From contig CAXBMW010000002.1 in assembly GCA_963977025.1 (NCBI GenBank), forward strand, positions 57,641 to 121,640: 64,000 nucleotides of DNA, written 5' to 3'. The DNA comes from an uncultured Balneolaceae bacterium (lineage in GTDB: Bacteria; Bacteroidota; Rhodothermia; Balneolales; Balneolaceae). A program made the position numbers and the translations under genes. The notes under the pieces are model-generated. The model searched no databases. It saw only the letters and a program-made list of their open reading frames with translations, and was not told the origin of the DNA. This document shows, in pieces, positions 1 through 10,100 of this stretch (its first letter is position 1; every line of letters starts with the position of its first letter).

Positions 1-2
1 TT

Positions 3-245
3 GCAATACTCACCTTTGTTGCAAACTGGAATGAAGTATTATGGCCACTCATTGTAATTCGCGATCAAGATTTAATGACTATGCCACAGATGGTGGCACT
101 TTTTGCGGTGGGCGGTGGTTCCGACTCAAGCATTGGGGCTCAACTGGCATCAGCACTTTTATTGGCACTACCAGTGGTAATAGCTTATTTGATTTTCCAA
201 AAGCACTTTATAAAAAGCATGGCCTCTTCTGGGCTCAAAAGTTAA
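3..245 (+). CDS. Carbohydrate ABC transporter permease, C-terminal fragment (gene continues upstream of the window)
   Basis: Frame 3 is open from the window edge to TAA at 243-245. It is absent from the ORF track because it has no start codon. Translation: AILTFVANWNEVLWPLIVIRDQDLMTMPQMVALFAVGGGSDSSIGAQLASALLLALPVVIAYLIFQKHFIKSMASSGLKS. This is a typical tail of MalG/UgpE-type sugar permeases. Residues 41-244 of the listed ORF 41..1693 are an out-of-frame shadow of it. Confidence 0.8.
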   Translation, partial: AILTFVANWNEVLWPLIVIRDQDLMTMPQMVALFAVGGGSDSSIGAQLASALLLALPVVIAYLIFQKHFIKSMASSGLKS

Positions 246-1693
246 TGATTAACCAATATCTGATGACAAGATTTCTCACCCATATTAAGAAACACCTTCC
301 CATTTATAGTGTCTTTATGATGCTCTTTTTTGTGAATTGTAAAGAGAATAGTCCAAAGGATGAAATAGTCCCTTCAATTCTAAATTTAAATCACCTTGAC
401 TCTTTAGGTGAGGTAGTAAACTATGGTGGGCAAGATTTACGAATCATCCATATTTATGCTGATGCACCCACTTACAATTGGATAGGGGATGATGATGAAG
501 GCGAAGCTTGTGTTGATGATGCAACAAGGGCAGCAGTGGTGTATTTGCGCCATTATGAGTTAACTGGAGAGGAAGAATCAGCAGAGAAAGCAAAAGAATT
601 ACTACGATTTGTAATGTATATGCAAACCGATGAAGGGCTTTTCCATAATTTCGTCTGGGATAATAAACTCGAAAAAAATACAACACATAAAAATAGTGTA
701 GCCGATAAGTTGAATTGGTGGGCAGCAAGAGCGGCTTGGGCACTTGGAACAGGTGCAAGAGTTTTGGCCGATCACGATTCCACTTTTGCCAATGCTTGCA
801 TTCTTTCGTTAGACAAATTAATGCCACACGTTAATCAGGTGACTTCAAAATATCCCGCTACAAAAATGGTAAGTGGACGTGAAATGCCGACATGGTTAAT
901 TGAAGAATCTGCTTCGGATGCTTCTAGTGAATTGTTATTAGGACTTACGGAAGCCGCAAAAGTATCTGATGCTAGTAAATATACCGATGCCATCAATAAG
1001 TTAAGTGCAGGGATTGCAATGCTACAATATGGAGATGTGGCTTCTGCTCCTTATGGTGCGCATCTTTCTTGGGAAGGTGGCTGGCACGGCTGGGGAAATT
1101 CGCAAACAATGGCACTTTCCCAAGCTGGTAAGTTAGAAAGTGCAAAAATTGAAGCAGATAATTTTTATCCTTGGTTATTGGTAAATGGATGGTTGAATTC
1201 TTTTGAGCTTCAAGATCCCAATAATCGTAGATCTTTTGAGCAAATTGCTTATGCCGTTCGTGCAGCTTCTGTTGGGCTTGTTCGCCTCTATGAAGCTACC
1301 GATAATAACGACTATGCAATTATGGGCGGTTTAATGGGCAGTTGGCTAAATGGCAATAATGTCGCAAATGCCAAAATGTACAATTCCTTACATGGTTATG
1401 GTTACGATGGAGTTAACAGTGCTTCAGGAGTGAACAAAAACTCAGGTGCTGAGTCTACAATAGAAGCAAATTTTACGGTATTAGAAGTAGAACAATATGC
1501 ACTATCAAACAAATGGTTTTATGCTACTTCGCTTGACCCACAAACGGCTACAGCCAATGGCAAAGAGTATAAATATAGATTTTTTGAAGTAACTGAAAAT
1601 GGAAAAAAAGAACGAATTGCATTGTTACTGAACTTAACAGATGCATCGACTCAGATTTTAACTGAGTCTGAATTGAACGAGATTATAAAATAA
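245..1693 (+). CDS. Putative lipoprotein, helix-rich (alpha/alpha-toroid-like) glycan-related protein of unknown function
   Basis: The ATG at 245 overlaps the permease stop (TAATG). The N-terminus MINQYLMTRFLTHIKKHLPIYSVFMMLFFVNC ends in a lipobox-like FVNC. Helical repeats (DDATRAAVVYLRHYELTG, NWWAARAAWALGTGARVL, GWHGWGNSQTMALSQAG) resemble six-hairpin glycosidase-like folds. It is tightly packed with the downstream GH130 genes. I did not recognise a family. Confidence 0.6.
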   Translation: MINQYLMTRFLTHIKKHLPIYSVFMMLFFVNCKENSPKDEIVPSILNLNHLDSLGEVVNYGGQDLRIIHIYADAPTYNWIGDDDEGEACVDDATRAAVVYLRHYELTGEEESAEKAKELLRFVMYMQTDEGLFHNFVWDNKLEKNTTHKNSVADKLNWWAARAAWALGTGARVLADHDSTFANACILSLDKLMPHVNQVTSKYPATKMVSGREMPTWLIEESASDASSELLLGLTEAAKVSDASKYTDAINKLSAGIAMLQYGDVASAPYGAHLSWEGGWHGWGNSQTMALSQAGKLESAKIEADNFYPWLLVNGWLNSFELQDPNNRRSFEQIAYAVRAASVGLVRLYEATDNNDYAIMGGLMGSWLNGNNVANAKMYNSLHGYGYDGVNSASGVNKNSGAESTIEANFTVLEVEQYALSNKWFYATSLDPQTATANGKEYKYRFFEVTENGKKERIALLLNLTDASTQILTESELNEIIK

Positions 1694-1721
1694 AAACTAA
1701 TTACTAGTTGGCTAAGGTCAT

Positions 1722-2732
1722 ATGATGTTTAAAAAAACAAAAATTCCTCTATTATCTCCAAGAGAAGATGTAGAATGGGCAAGCGGTGCGGTATTTAATC
1801 CTGGTGCGTATTACGATGGAGAGTTGGTGCACTTGTTATTCAGGGCGATTCCAAAAGGGTACGAAAGAATTAAACTTAAAAATGTTTCGCCAGGTGAGCC
1901 AGATACAGGCTTTGATGAGAAGTATATTTCTTACATCGGCTATGCTTCTAGTAAGGATGGTATAAATTTCGAATGGAGAGAAGAGCCTTTTATTGGAACT
2001 GAACATTGGTTTAATAAATTCGGTTCAGAAGACCCTAGAATTTCCCGTTTAGATGACCAATACTTAATTACATACACCGCACTTCAACGCCATGCTTTTG
2101 ATGAAGTAAACGGTGTTAGAATTGGTTTGGCAATCACAAACGATTTCAAAACAATTGAGAAGAATGGAATTGCTGGTCCTACTGATTTAAGAGATAAAGA
2201 CGCTGTTATTTTCCCAAAGAGAATTAATGGCAAAATTGCGATGCTTCATCGAGTAGTTCCAAATATTCAAATTATCTATTTCGATTCTATCGACGAATTC
2301 CATAATCCATCAGAAGGCGTTTGGGAAGAGCATTTAGCAAATTTAGAAGAACACACCGTAATGCGTCCCGAGTTTGAATGGGAAAATTTAAAAATTGGAG
2401 CAGGGCCAACTCCAATCGAAACTCCTGAAGGCTGGTTGCTCATTTATCATGGTGTTGATACCAATCATGTTTATAGAATGGGAATGGCTCTGTTAGATCT
2501 GGAAGACCCATCAAAAATAATAGCTAAAAGCCCGATTCCACTATTAGAACCAGAACTTGATTTTGAGCTCTTTGGTGATGTTGCTAACGTGGTTTTCCCT
2601 GAAGGGGCCGTTATTATTGACGATACCTTACATGTGTACTATGGAGCAGCAGATTCAGTGATTGGTCATGCTCAAGCTCCATTAGCAGAAGTCTTGAACT
2701 GGATGAAGAAGAACAAAACTAACAACGATTAA
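1722..2732 (+). CDS. GH130 family enzyme (beta-mannoside phosphorylase or hydrolase, short form)
   Basis: Carries GH130/DUF377 hallmarks: AVFNPGA, GSEDPRI, RDKDAVIFPKRINGKIAMLHR, GAGPTPIETPEGWLLIYHGVD and HVYYGAADSVIG. The 336-aa length is typical of short GH130 members. Confidence 0.85.
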   Translation: MMFKKTKIPLLSPREDVEWASGAVFNPGAYYDGELVHLLFRAIPKGYERIKLKNVSPGEPDTGFDEKYISYIGYASSKDGINFEWREEPFIGTEHWFNKFGSEDPRISRLDDQYLITYTALQRHAFDEVNGVRIGLAITNDFKTIEKNGIAGPTDLRDKDAVIFPKRINGKIAMLHRVVPNIQIIYFDSIDEFHNPSEGVWEEHLANLEEHTVMRPEFEWENLKIGAGPTPIETPEGWLLIYHGVDTNHVYRMGMALLDLEDPSKIIAKSPIPLLEPELDFELFGDVANVVFPEGAVIIDDTLHVYYGAADSVIGHAQAPLAEVLNWMKKNKTNND

Positions 2733-2753
2733 CACTTTCAAGTAGATACAAGA

Positions 2754-3881
2754 ATGCCTCACTTAGAAGATGCCAGCCCTGCTTACGAGCAAGGACCAAA
2801 AAAAAGTATAGAAATAACTCACTCGTTAGAAATTGTTAGGCTGAATGGAGGGAAACCCATTCTTACACCAAAAACAGATTCTCCTTGGGAATCAAAAGTG
2901 GTACTAAATCCAGCTGCAATTCTTATCGACGATTTGGAGCTATTGCAACAAGTAATGAAGAGTTGGGATATTGACGAAACCCAAAAACAAACCTTGTTAA
3001 ATGCGGGCGGAGCAACCGTAATGCTTTATCGTGCCCAAGGCGAAGTTGACAAGCCAAAAGGTGTGGCTCCATCATCGGCAGGGCTCGCGGTTTTCACTCC
3101 AACTTTAGAACTTGTTTGGAGGCGTGATACACCTGCAATTGCACCTGCAGAATCCTTCCATAATTTAGGTGTAGAAGATGGTCGCTGTACTTTTATTGAC
3201 GGGACTTTTTACTTTTTCTATACAGGATACTATTTCAATTCTGAGGTGAATACCAACAAAGTCCACATCTGCCTAGCGACTACAAAAGATTTTATTGATT
3301 GGGAATTACATGGTCCAATTCCAGGAAATCTAAACGATGTTGACAACAAAAACGCGGTACTGCTTCCTGAAAAAGTAAATGGGAAATGGGTTCTTTTACA
3401 TCGACCAATGTTTGGCGAATATCCAAAAGCGCTTCACTGGGCTGTGTCAGAAAGTCTATTTGGGCCTTGGAAGAGTAAAGGGATGGTGATGGCGAGTTAC
3501 AAATTCCAAGAGTTTAGCCAGTCGTGGATTGGTGCCGGTGGACCTCCAATTTCATTAGGAGATAACAAATTTCTAACCATTTACCATCAAGGGCATTATT
3601 TGCCAGATCACAAACGAGAATACGATCTTTCAGCTACCATACTTCATTTCCCGGAAATCGGTTCTTGTATTCCTCAAAAGAGAATTGAGCCATTGATGCG
3701 ACCAACAGGTTCCGAAGAACAAAAAGGCGACGAAAATCTGGGAGTTGATAACGTGCTCTTCATTTGCGCTAATTATAAACTTGGTGAGGACTTAATCTTG
3801 CCATACGCCGGTGCTGATAGCCGAATATTTGGTGCAAAAATTAATCTACAATCTCTTATTGAAGAAATAGAAAAGGATTAG
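2754..3881 (+). CDS. Divergent GH130-like enzyme
   Basis: Shows the same fold signature with variant motifs: VLNPAAIL, GVEDGRCTF (in place of EDPR), DNKNAVLLPEKVNGKWVLLHRP, GAGGPPISLGDNKFLTIYHQGH and LPYAGADSRIFGAKI. It starts 21 nt after the previous GH130 gene. Confidence 0.75.
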   Translation: MPHLEDASPAYEQGPKKSIEITHSLEIVRLNGGKPILTPKTDSPWESKVVLNPAAILIDDLELLQQVMKSWDIDETQKQTLLNAGGATVMLYRAQGEVDKPKGVAPSSAGLAVFTPTLELVWRRDTPAIAPAESFHNLGVEDGRCTFIDGTFYFFYTGYYFNSEVNTNKVHICLATTKDFIDWELHGPIPGNLNDVDNKNAVLLPEKVNGKWVLLHRPMFGEYPKALHWAVSESLFGPWKSKGMVMASYKFQEFSQSWIGAGGPPISLGDNKFLTIYHQGHYLPDHKREYDLSATILHFPEIGSCIPQKRIEPLMRPTGSEEQKGDENLGVDNVLFICANYKLGEDLILPYAGADSRIFGAKINLQSLIEEIEKD

Positions 3882-3882
3882 A

Positions 3883-6453
3883 ATGAAAAAAACCGCTACA
3901 TCTTTAGGATGTTTATTTTTGATGATTGGGTTGAACTCTTTAATGGTTCACGCTCAGGAGAAAAGCACACTCAGAGATTCGATAGCGGTTCATTTCAATG
4001 GAGATGCATCCGTAGAAGTTGGAAGTCCTTATGTGGGACTCGAATTTCACCACAGTTCGCCACTTCCTCAGCGAGTTAGTTTCTATTATCCAGTAGCAAA
4101 CAGCATCGATTTAAGCAACGATTACTGGACTCGCGACCAAACCTACTCAATGGCTTTGGCTTTGAAAGAAGGTGACAAGAAAAGCGAATGGATTGGTTTG
4201 GATCCTTTCGAGATGGAACTAACTCCCTATGAAGTCACATTCACCAAAAAAGAACCTTCCAAAGAAATATCTATTCGCTATCAATTCACAAAGGACAGAC
4301 CTGCTTTTGTGATTAGTTATAACATCAAGAATACAAGCAGCAAAGCTGTTAATCTTGAACTTTATACTGATTTGCAAGCAAGTTTAAAAACAAGCCATAC
4401 CTTTGCTACCAAAGACAAAGCGTGGAGTGAATTTAGAAAAGAAGGATCAGTACTGTTTCAGAATTTTGAAGATGATGAAGTTCAGAACGTTCAGTTATTT
4501 GCTGGTAATATTGGCTTACAACCAACTTCATTTAGTGCTGTTAGTGAATTAGATAGTTTGCCAGCTTCTGAAAAATGGTGGAGTGGAATGAACACCAAAT
4601 TAAATGGACAAACTGCTAAAGAATCATCTCCCAAAACACCAGCTTTTAGATATCGATATTCCCAACACACACTTCCGGGCGAATCGTTAGAAGTTGTACA
4701 AGTGATTGGTTCGGCTAAAAAAGGAGAGGGTTACGAACTCGTTTCAACACTTTTGAAAACAGCCAAAGAAGAAGTGCTCGCTTATGAACAACAAGTTTTA
4801 GACTACACCAGGAAGAACACATTCCAAACGGGAGATAAGGTACTAGATCATTCGGTGCTTTGGGCAAATAGCATTTTGGATGTTAATCGCCACTATATTG
4901 ACGGCTCTATCCAACCAATGCCCTGTCCTGCCGAATACAATTTCTATTTTACTCACGATGTTCTACTTACGGATTTAGCAGCTGTTAACTTTGATCTCCC
5001 AAGAGTAAAACAAGATTTAGAATTTATTACTTCCCATGCCGACTCCAATTACGTGATTCCTCATGCATATTATTGGAAAGATAATAAGTATGCCACAGAA
5101 TTTGCACCACCTGATAACTGGAATCATTATTGGTATGTGATTACATCAGGTAGTTACCTTCGTCATTCGGGAGATACCGATTTCTTGAAGAAGTTATATC
5201 CGTATTTATCAAAAAGTGTGAACGACTTCAAAACGCATAAGAAGAATGACATCATTTATTCATACCGCCCAGATTGGTGGGACATCGCGCGGAATTTCGG
5301 TCCTCGTTCTTACACCACCATTTTAGCAATTAAAGCGCTGAAGGAATATCTCTACATTTCAAGCACTCTAGGAGTGAACCAAGATTCTCTATTGCAATTG
5401 GAAAAGGAAATTGAAGAAATGGAGTTGGCTCTCAATGAACAGCTTTGGAGCGAAGAGCAGGAGTATTTAATTAACTATTTCGAAGATGGTACTCTGGATG
5501 AACATTATTATATCGGTTCTTTATTAGGCAGCCACTACAACCTGCTTAACCAAGAAAGAAAGGAAAAGCTAACAGCAACGGCCGAGCAAAAAATTGTAGA
5601 TCCAAAGATTGGAGTTTATACTGTTTATCCAATGGATTTTCAGAATCTAATTGAATATCTGAAACTTGCTGGAAATGAAGCTGGTGACCCATTCTATTAC
5701 ATCAACGGCGGAATTTGGCCTCATGGCAATGCTTGGTACGCACTTTCCTTGATGGAGATTGGTAAGCAAGAAGAAGCTCTACAGTTTATTAAGCGAGTAA
5801 TGACGGTAGACGGCGCGATAAATAGCCCAAACGGCCAGCCCGCAATGTATGAGTACAGAGTTAGCGATAAGGGTAATCCATCGGTCTATGGCAAAATTGA
5901 TAAGCCTCAGTTCACTTGGGCAGCAGGTTGGTATTTATACAGTTTGTACAATTTGTTTGGAGTGAAGGAAACGGAGTGGAATATTAGAATCGAGCCTTAT
6001 ACCAATGAAGAATTAAACGCTATAAAGTTTAACCTATCAGCTTCGGGATCAAAGTATTTAGTAAGAATCAATGGAGAAGGTAATAGTGTGCAACGTCTAA
6101 CATTGAATGATAAACCCTATAATAGTTTAGTTCTTCCAAATAAGTTGGAAACAGATTTTAATACCCTTGAGATTCAAAAAGGAAAATTAGAAACTCCCTT
6201 ACTAACACAGGTAAATGCAATACTTAATTCAATTTCTTATTTAAAGTCCGAACAAAAACTAGAGATGAGCATCACCAGTTTTAAGTCGCATAGTGTAACC
6301 ATGCACATCCAATCTACAGAAAAACCAGTAAGCGTTATCCAAAACGGTGCAAATATAAACTCATGGTCTTCAACAAAAAAAGATGACGTGTTTTATACGG
6401 AAATCAGACTTGAACAATCTAATCTAAACGATAAGCTCCAAATTCAGTTCTGA
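3883..6453 (+). CDS. Large secreted (alpha/alpha)6-barrel glycoside hydrolase, GDE_C / amylo-alpha-1,6-glucosidase-like
   Basis: Has a signal peptide (MKKTATSLGCLFLMIGLNSLMVHAQE). The C-terminal half has toroid motifs seen in GDE_C/GH-like families (YFTHDVLLTDLAAV, YINGGIWPHGNAWYALSLMEIG, FTWAAGWYLYSLY). The start lies 1 nt after the previous stop. Confidence 0.7.
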   Translation: MKKTATSLGCLFLMIGLNSLMVHAQEKSTLRDSIAVHFNGDASVEVGSPYVGLEFHHSSPLPQRVSFYYPVANSIDLSNDYWTRDQTYSMALALKEGDKKSEWIGLDPFEMELTPYEVTFTKKEPSKEISIRYQFTKDRPAFVISYNIKNTSSKAVNLELYTDLQASLKTSHTFATKDKAWSEFRKEGSVLFQNFEDDEVQNVQLFAGNIGLQPTSFSAVSELDSLPASEKWWSGMNTKLNGQTAKESSPKTPAFRYRYSQHTLPGESLEVVQVIGSAKKGEGYELVSTLLKTAKEEVLAYEQQVLDYTRKNTFQTGDKVLDHSVLWANSILDVNRHYIDGSIQPMPCPAEYNFYFTHDVLLTDLAAVNFDLPRVKQDLEFITSHADSNYVIPHAYYWKDNKYATEFAPPDNWNHYWYVITSGSYLRHSGDTDFLKKLYPYLSKSVNDFKTHKKNDIIYSYRPDWWDIARNFGPRSYTTILAIKALKEYLYISSTLGVNQDSLLQLEKEIEEMELALNEQLWSEEQEYLINYFEDGTLDEHYYIGSLLGSHYNLLNQERKEKLTATAEQKIVDPKIGVYTVYPMDFQNLIEYLKLAGNEAGDPFYYINGGIWPHGNAWYALSLMEIGKQEEALQFIKRVMTVDGAINSPNGQPAMYEYRVSDKGNPSVYGKIDKPQFTWAAGWYLYSLYNLFGVKETEWNIRIEPYTNEELNAIKFNLSASGSKYLVRINGEGNSVQRLTLNDKPYNSLVLPNKLETDFNTLEIQKGKLETPLLTQVNAILNSISYLKSEQKLEMSITSFKSHSVTMHIQSTEKPVSVIQNGANINSWSSTKKDDVFYTEIRLEQSNLNDKLQIQF

Positions 6454-6466
6454 AAAGAAAAGTTCA

Positions 6467-6492
6467 GTTTAACAGAATTTGTTAAACTTTAG
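6467..6492 (+). terminator. Hairpin terminator candidate after the GH130/GDE operon
   Basis: The 8-bp stem gtttaaca (6467-6474) / tgttaaac (6480-6487) has a 5-nt loop and is followed by ttt. It starts 14 nt after the stop at 6453. Confidence 0.5.
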
Positions 6493-6554
6493 ACAAGAAT
6501 GTATAAGTTGATGGAGTTATTTTCTTCGTACTTTGATTTTTACGAAACGAATCT

Positions 6555-7013
6555 ATGTTTTTCAAAAGAATACAATCTAATCTGAATTTTGCCACACTCG
6601 TTGTACTCCTGAGTATAGTTTGGCATGCGTTTAGTATTCATGGCTTTGCAGAGGCGTTGGTGTATTGTGTTGAAGATGATGGTCAGATTAATATTGAGTC
6701 TAAAGCCGAGTTTTCGACAGGGTTTGAAACCGAAATGGACTTGCATTTCGATGACACAAATCTGGAGCATAAACCAGGAATAAATCGACCATTCGAAACT
6801 CACCAAGATTACTTAGTGTCTGAATCTTGTGTTAAAGACAATAGAGTAAATCGTTTCGAGCAAGTTGTATCTATTTATCTACTTAAAAATGGGGTTTTCA
6901 ATCTGAAGTCTCAACTTCCAGATGTAGCTTTTGCTCAATCAATTTCTTTTATCCCACCCATCAAAGAGCAAAGTTCTATACAAGTACTTCAAAGTATTAT
7001 TCTAATAATTTAA
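6555..7013 (+). CDS. Hypothetical secreted protein, acidic and His-containing (coding status uncertain)
   Basis: Has a signal-peptide-like N-terminus (NLNFATLVVLLSIVWHAFSIHGFAEA) followed by D/E/H-rich segments (HFDDTNLEHKPG, ETHQDY). I recognised no family. An 88-aa antisense ORF overlaps it, so this could be non-coding leader DNA. Confidence 0.3.
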   Translation: MFFKRIQSNLNFATLVVLLSIVWHAFSIHGFAEALVYCVEDDGQINIESKAEFSTGFETEMDLHFDDTNLEHKPGINRPFETHQDYLVSESCVKDNRVNRFEQVVSIYLLKNGVFNLKSQLPDVAFAQSISFIPPIKEQSSIQVLQSIILII

Positions 7014-7028
7014 GCTAATCTCCTACCT

Positions 7029-7098
7029 GCTGAATTTTCATTAACAAGTAGCAAAATGCTACCTGGAAGCTATACACGCATGTTATCGAAAATTCAGC
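7029..7098 (+). other. Nested stem-loop element in the czc leader
   Basis: An 11-bp outer stem, gctgaattttc (7029-7039) / gaaaattcagc (7088-7098), encloses a perfect 6-bp hairpin gtagca-aaa-tgctac (7048-7062). It lies 15 nt after the stop of ORF 6555..7013 and about 95 nt before czcA. Confidence 0.3.
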
Positions 7099-7162
7099 CT
7101 ACCAATTCTTAACCAGATTTACGGTCTAATTCTTTGCGACATAATCTGAGAGTTTTAAAATA

Positions 7163-7178
7163 ACTCCTAGCTAGGAGT
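7163..7178. promoter_or_regulatory. Perfect 16-bp palindrome ACTCCTAGCTAGGAGT (operator candidate) just upstream of czcA
   Basis: The palindrome is centred between 7170 and 7171 and ends 15 nt before the czcA ATG (7194). Its style resembles the dyads bound by metal-responsive MerR/ArsR-type regulators, but no such regulator gene is in the window. Confidence 0.35.
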
Positions 7179-7193
7179 ACAGCTTATTTTTAT

Positions 7194-10100
7194 ATGATTA
7201 ACAAAATTATTTCATTTTCAATCAAGAACAAGTTCATTGTTGGCTTGTTCATATTAACCTTAGTGGGAGTTGGTATTTATTCCATGCTCACCATTAATCT
7301 GGGTTCGGTTCCAGATATAACAAATAATCAGGTGCAGGTAATAACATCTTCTGATAATCTGGCAACCGAAGATATAGAGCAATTTGTTACTTACCCCGTT
7401 GAACTTGCAATGGGGAATCTTCCTGGAGTAACCGAAATTCGATCGGTATCTAGGTTTGGCTTGTCTGTAGTTACCATTGTTTTTGACGATGACCTGGGTA
7501 CTTATCTGCCCCGGCAATTAGTTCAAGAAAAACTCAATGAAGTTAAAGAAGACATCCCCGAGAAATTCGGATCCCCAAATATGGGACCTATTACAACCGG
7601 ATTAGGAGAGATATATCAATATACCATTGTTCCACAAGCAGGATTTGAGGATGAATATTCTCCAACAGAATTGAGAACTATACAGGACTGGATTGTTAAA
7701 CGTCAAATGACCTTAGTTGATGGTGTGGTAGAAGTAAATTCATTTGGAGGAAGTATCAAACAATACGAAGTGGCGATTGATCCTGACAAATTGAATGCTA
7801 TGGGAGTTACAATTTCTGAAGTGTATGATGCTCTTGCTATGAACAATGTAAATACCGGAGGTGCTTACATTGAAAAAAATAAAATGGCGAATTTCATCCG
7901 CGGTGAGGGGCTTATCCGTTCTTTAGAAGATATTGGCAGTATTGTAATAAAAAGCGAAGATGGAATTCCTGTTCTTATTAATGACGTAGCCGAAAATGTA
8001 CAATTTGGTACACAAACGCGATACGGTGCTTTTACACAAGACGGTCACGAAGCAGTGGGTGGAATGGTGCTCATGCTTAAAGGAGCAAACCCTAATGATG
8101 TCATTCAAAATGTTAAAGAACGAATCAAAAGTGTACAAAATTCACTCCCTGAAGGGCTGAAAATTGAACCATTTCTAGATAGAAGTAATCTTATTGCACG
8201 AACAACAAGCACGGTTTCCAAAAACTTAATTGAAGGGGCGTTAATCGTAGTATTTGTTTTAGTGATTTTACTCGGGAGTTTGCGAGGAGGTTTAGTCACC
8301 GCATCACTCATTCCCCTGTCATTACTTTTTGCCTTTATTCTGATGAGAGCAACCGGAGTGTGGGCAAACCTGATGAGTCTTGGAGCCATTGATTTCGGAA
8401 TTATTGTAGATGGAGCCGTCATTATTGTAGAAGGCACCGTCCATGAAATCGAAAAAAGGGTTAAAGCCAAAAAGAGTAATTTCTCCAGCGGCGAAATGGA
8501 CGAGATTACCTATCAAGCCAGCAGTACCATGATGAATTCTGCATTTTTTGGTCAGCTAATTATACTCATTGTATTTGCCCCTATTCTTTTTCTTGAAGGT
8601 GTAGAAGGCAAAATGTTCCGTCCAATGGCCTTTACTTTTGGCTATGCAGTAATAGGTGCCATTATTCTTTGCCTTACCTACGTACCGATGATTTCTGCAT
8701 TAGTAATGAAGCCTTCTGCCAACAAAAATGGATGGTTTGCACGATTTGAACAATCTCTTGAAAAAGTCAGTAATAAGCTTATTGGAGGGCTTCAACGTAT
8801 TTATAACCCTCTTTTAGAAATAGCATTAAAGAGAAAGTTAATTGTGATAAGTACAGCTGTGATTCTGTTTTTAGGATCATTATTTACATTTTCTCGTATG
8901 GGTGGTGAATTTATTCCACAACTGGATGAGGGAGATATTGCCATGCAGGCATTAATTAGACCCGGTAGCGGACTAAGTGAATCCATCGATATTTCTACAA
9001 AAACTCAGGATATTCTATTAAACAATTTTCCTGAGATTAAAACTGTAGTGTCCCGAATTGGTGTAGCCGATATCCCAACTGATCCTATGCCCATGGATAT
9101 TGCAGATATGGCGATCATTTTAGAAAAGGATAAAACTAAATGGACGACCGTATCCTCGAAAGATGAGCTAATTGCTAAAATTAAAGAGAAGCTGAACCAA
9201 GAACTTGTAGGCGTTAATTTGGTATTCAGCCAGCCGGTAGAACTTAGATTCAATGAACTAATTACAGGTGTTCGGGAGGATGTAGCTGTTAAACTATATG
9301 GTGATGATCTCGAAATTCTTGCACAGAAGGCTGAAGAAATATCCTCACTTATTCAAACTGTACCAGGTGTTGGTGATGTAAACCCCGAAAAAACGGCGGG
9401 TCTTCCACAAATGACAGTTAGATATAATCGACAGAAAATAGCTCAATATGGTCTTACTATTTCTAAGCTCAATGATTACATAAGTACGGCTTTTGCCGGC
9501 GGTGTAGCAGGAGTGGTATTTGAGGGAGAAAAACGGTTTGATTTAGTCGTTCGTTTTGATGAAGCCAATCGTCAAAGTATTGAAGATTTACGGTCATTAT
9601 ATATTGATCTGCCGAGCGGTTCACAAGTGCCTATCGAGGAAATTGCCGATATAAGCTATCAACCTGGCCCCATGCAGATTTCTCGTGATAACACGTTCCG
9701 ACGAACATCTGTTGGTATAAATACACGGGGTCGTGATGTGGAGTCTGTGGTTACGGATATTCAGCAAAAACTGGATGCTGAACTGGATCTTCCCGTAGGA
9801 TATTATATAACCTATGGAGGAGAATTTGAAAATCTACAACGTGCAAAAAGCAGATTATCAATTGTTGTGCCTATTGCACTCTTCCTCATATTTCTGCTGC
9901 TTTATTTTGCCCTGAATTCACTTTCACAGTCTGTAATGATTTATCTGGCCATTCCATTGGCCGCAATCGGTGGGATTTTCTTTCTGGCACTCAGAGATAT
10001 GTCGTTTAGTATTTCAGCAGGAGTAGGATTCATTGTGCTTTTTGGAGTAGCTGTACTCAATGGGCTCGTACTCATAAGCCGATTCAATTCATTAAAAGAA

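Noticed and set aside
41-244. N-terminal 68 codons of the listed ORF 41..1693 (MATHCNSRSRFNDYATDGG...)
   Set aside because: This stretch overlaps, out of frame, a clearly genuine ABC-permease C-terminus in frame 3 that ends at 245. The real downstream gene most plausibly starts at the ATG at 245, which gives a lipoprotein-type N-terminus.
6540-6806. 88-aa minus-strand ORF overlapping ORF 6555..7013
   Set aside because: It has no signal, motif or context support. It overlaps the (also weak) plus-strand ORF, which at least has a signal-peptide-like start and operon-compatible orientation. Neither is confidently coding.
7014-7193. Possible NiCo (czcD-type) or other metal riboswitch in the czc leader
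   Set aside because: A nested stem-loop exists, but I could not recognise the four-way-junction architecture or conserved nucleotides of any riboswitch class by eye. I kept it only as an unclassified structure that needs an Rfam scan.
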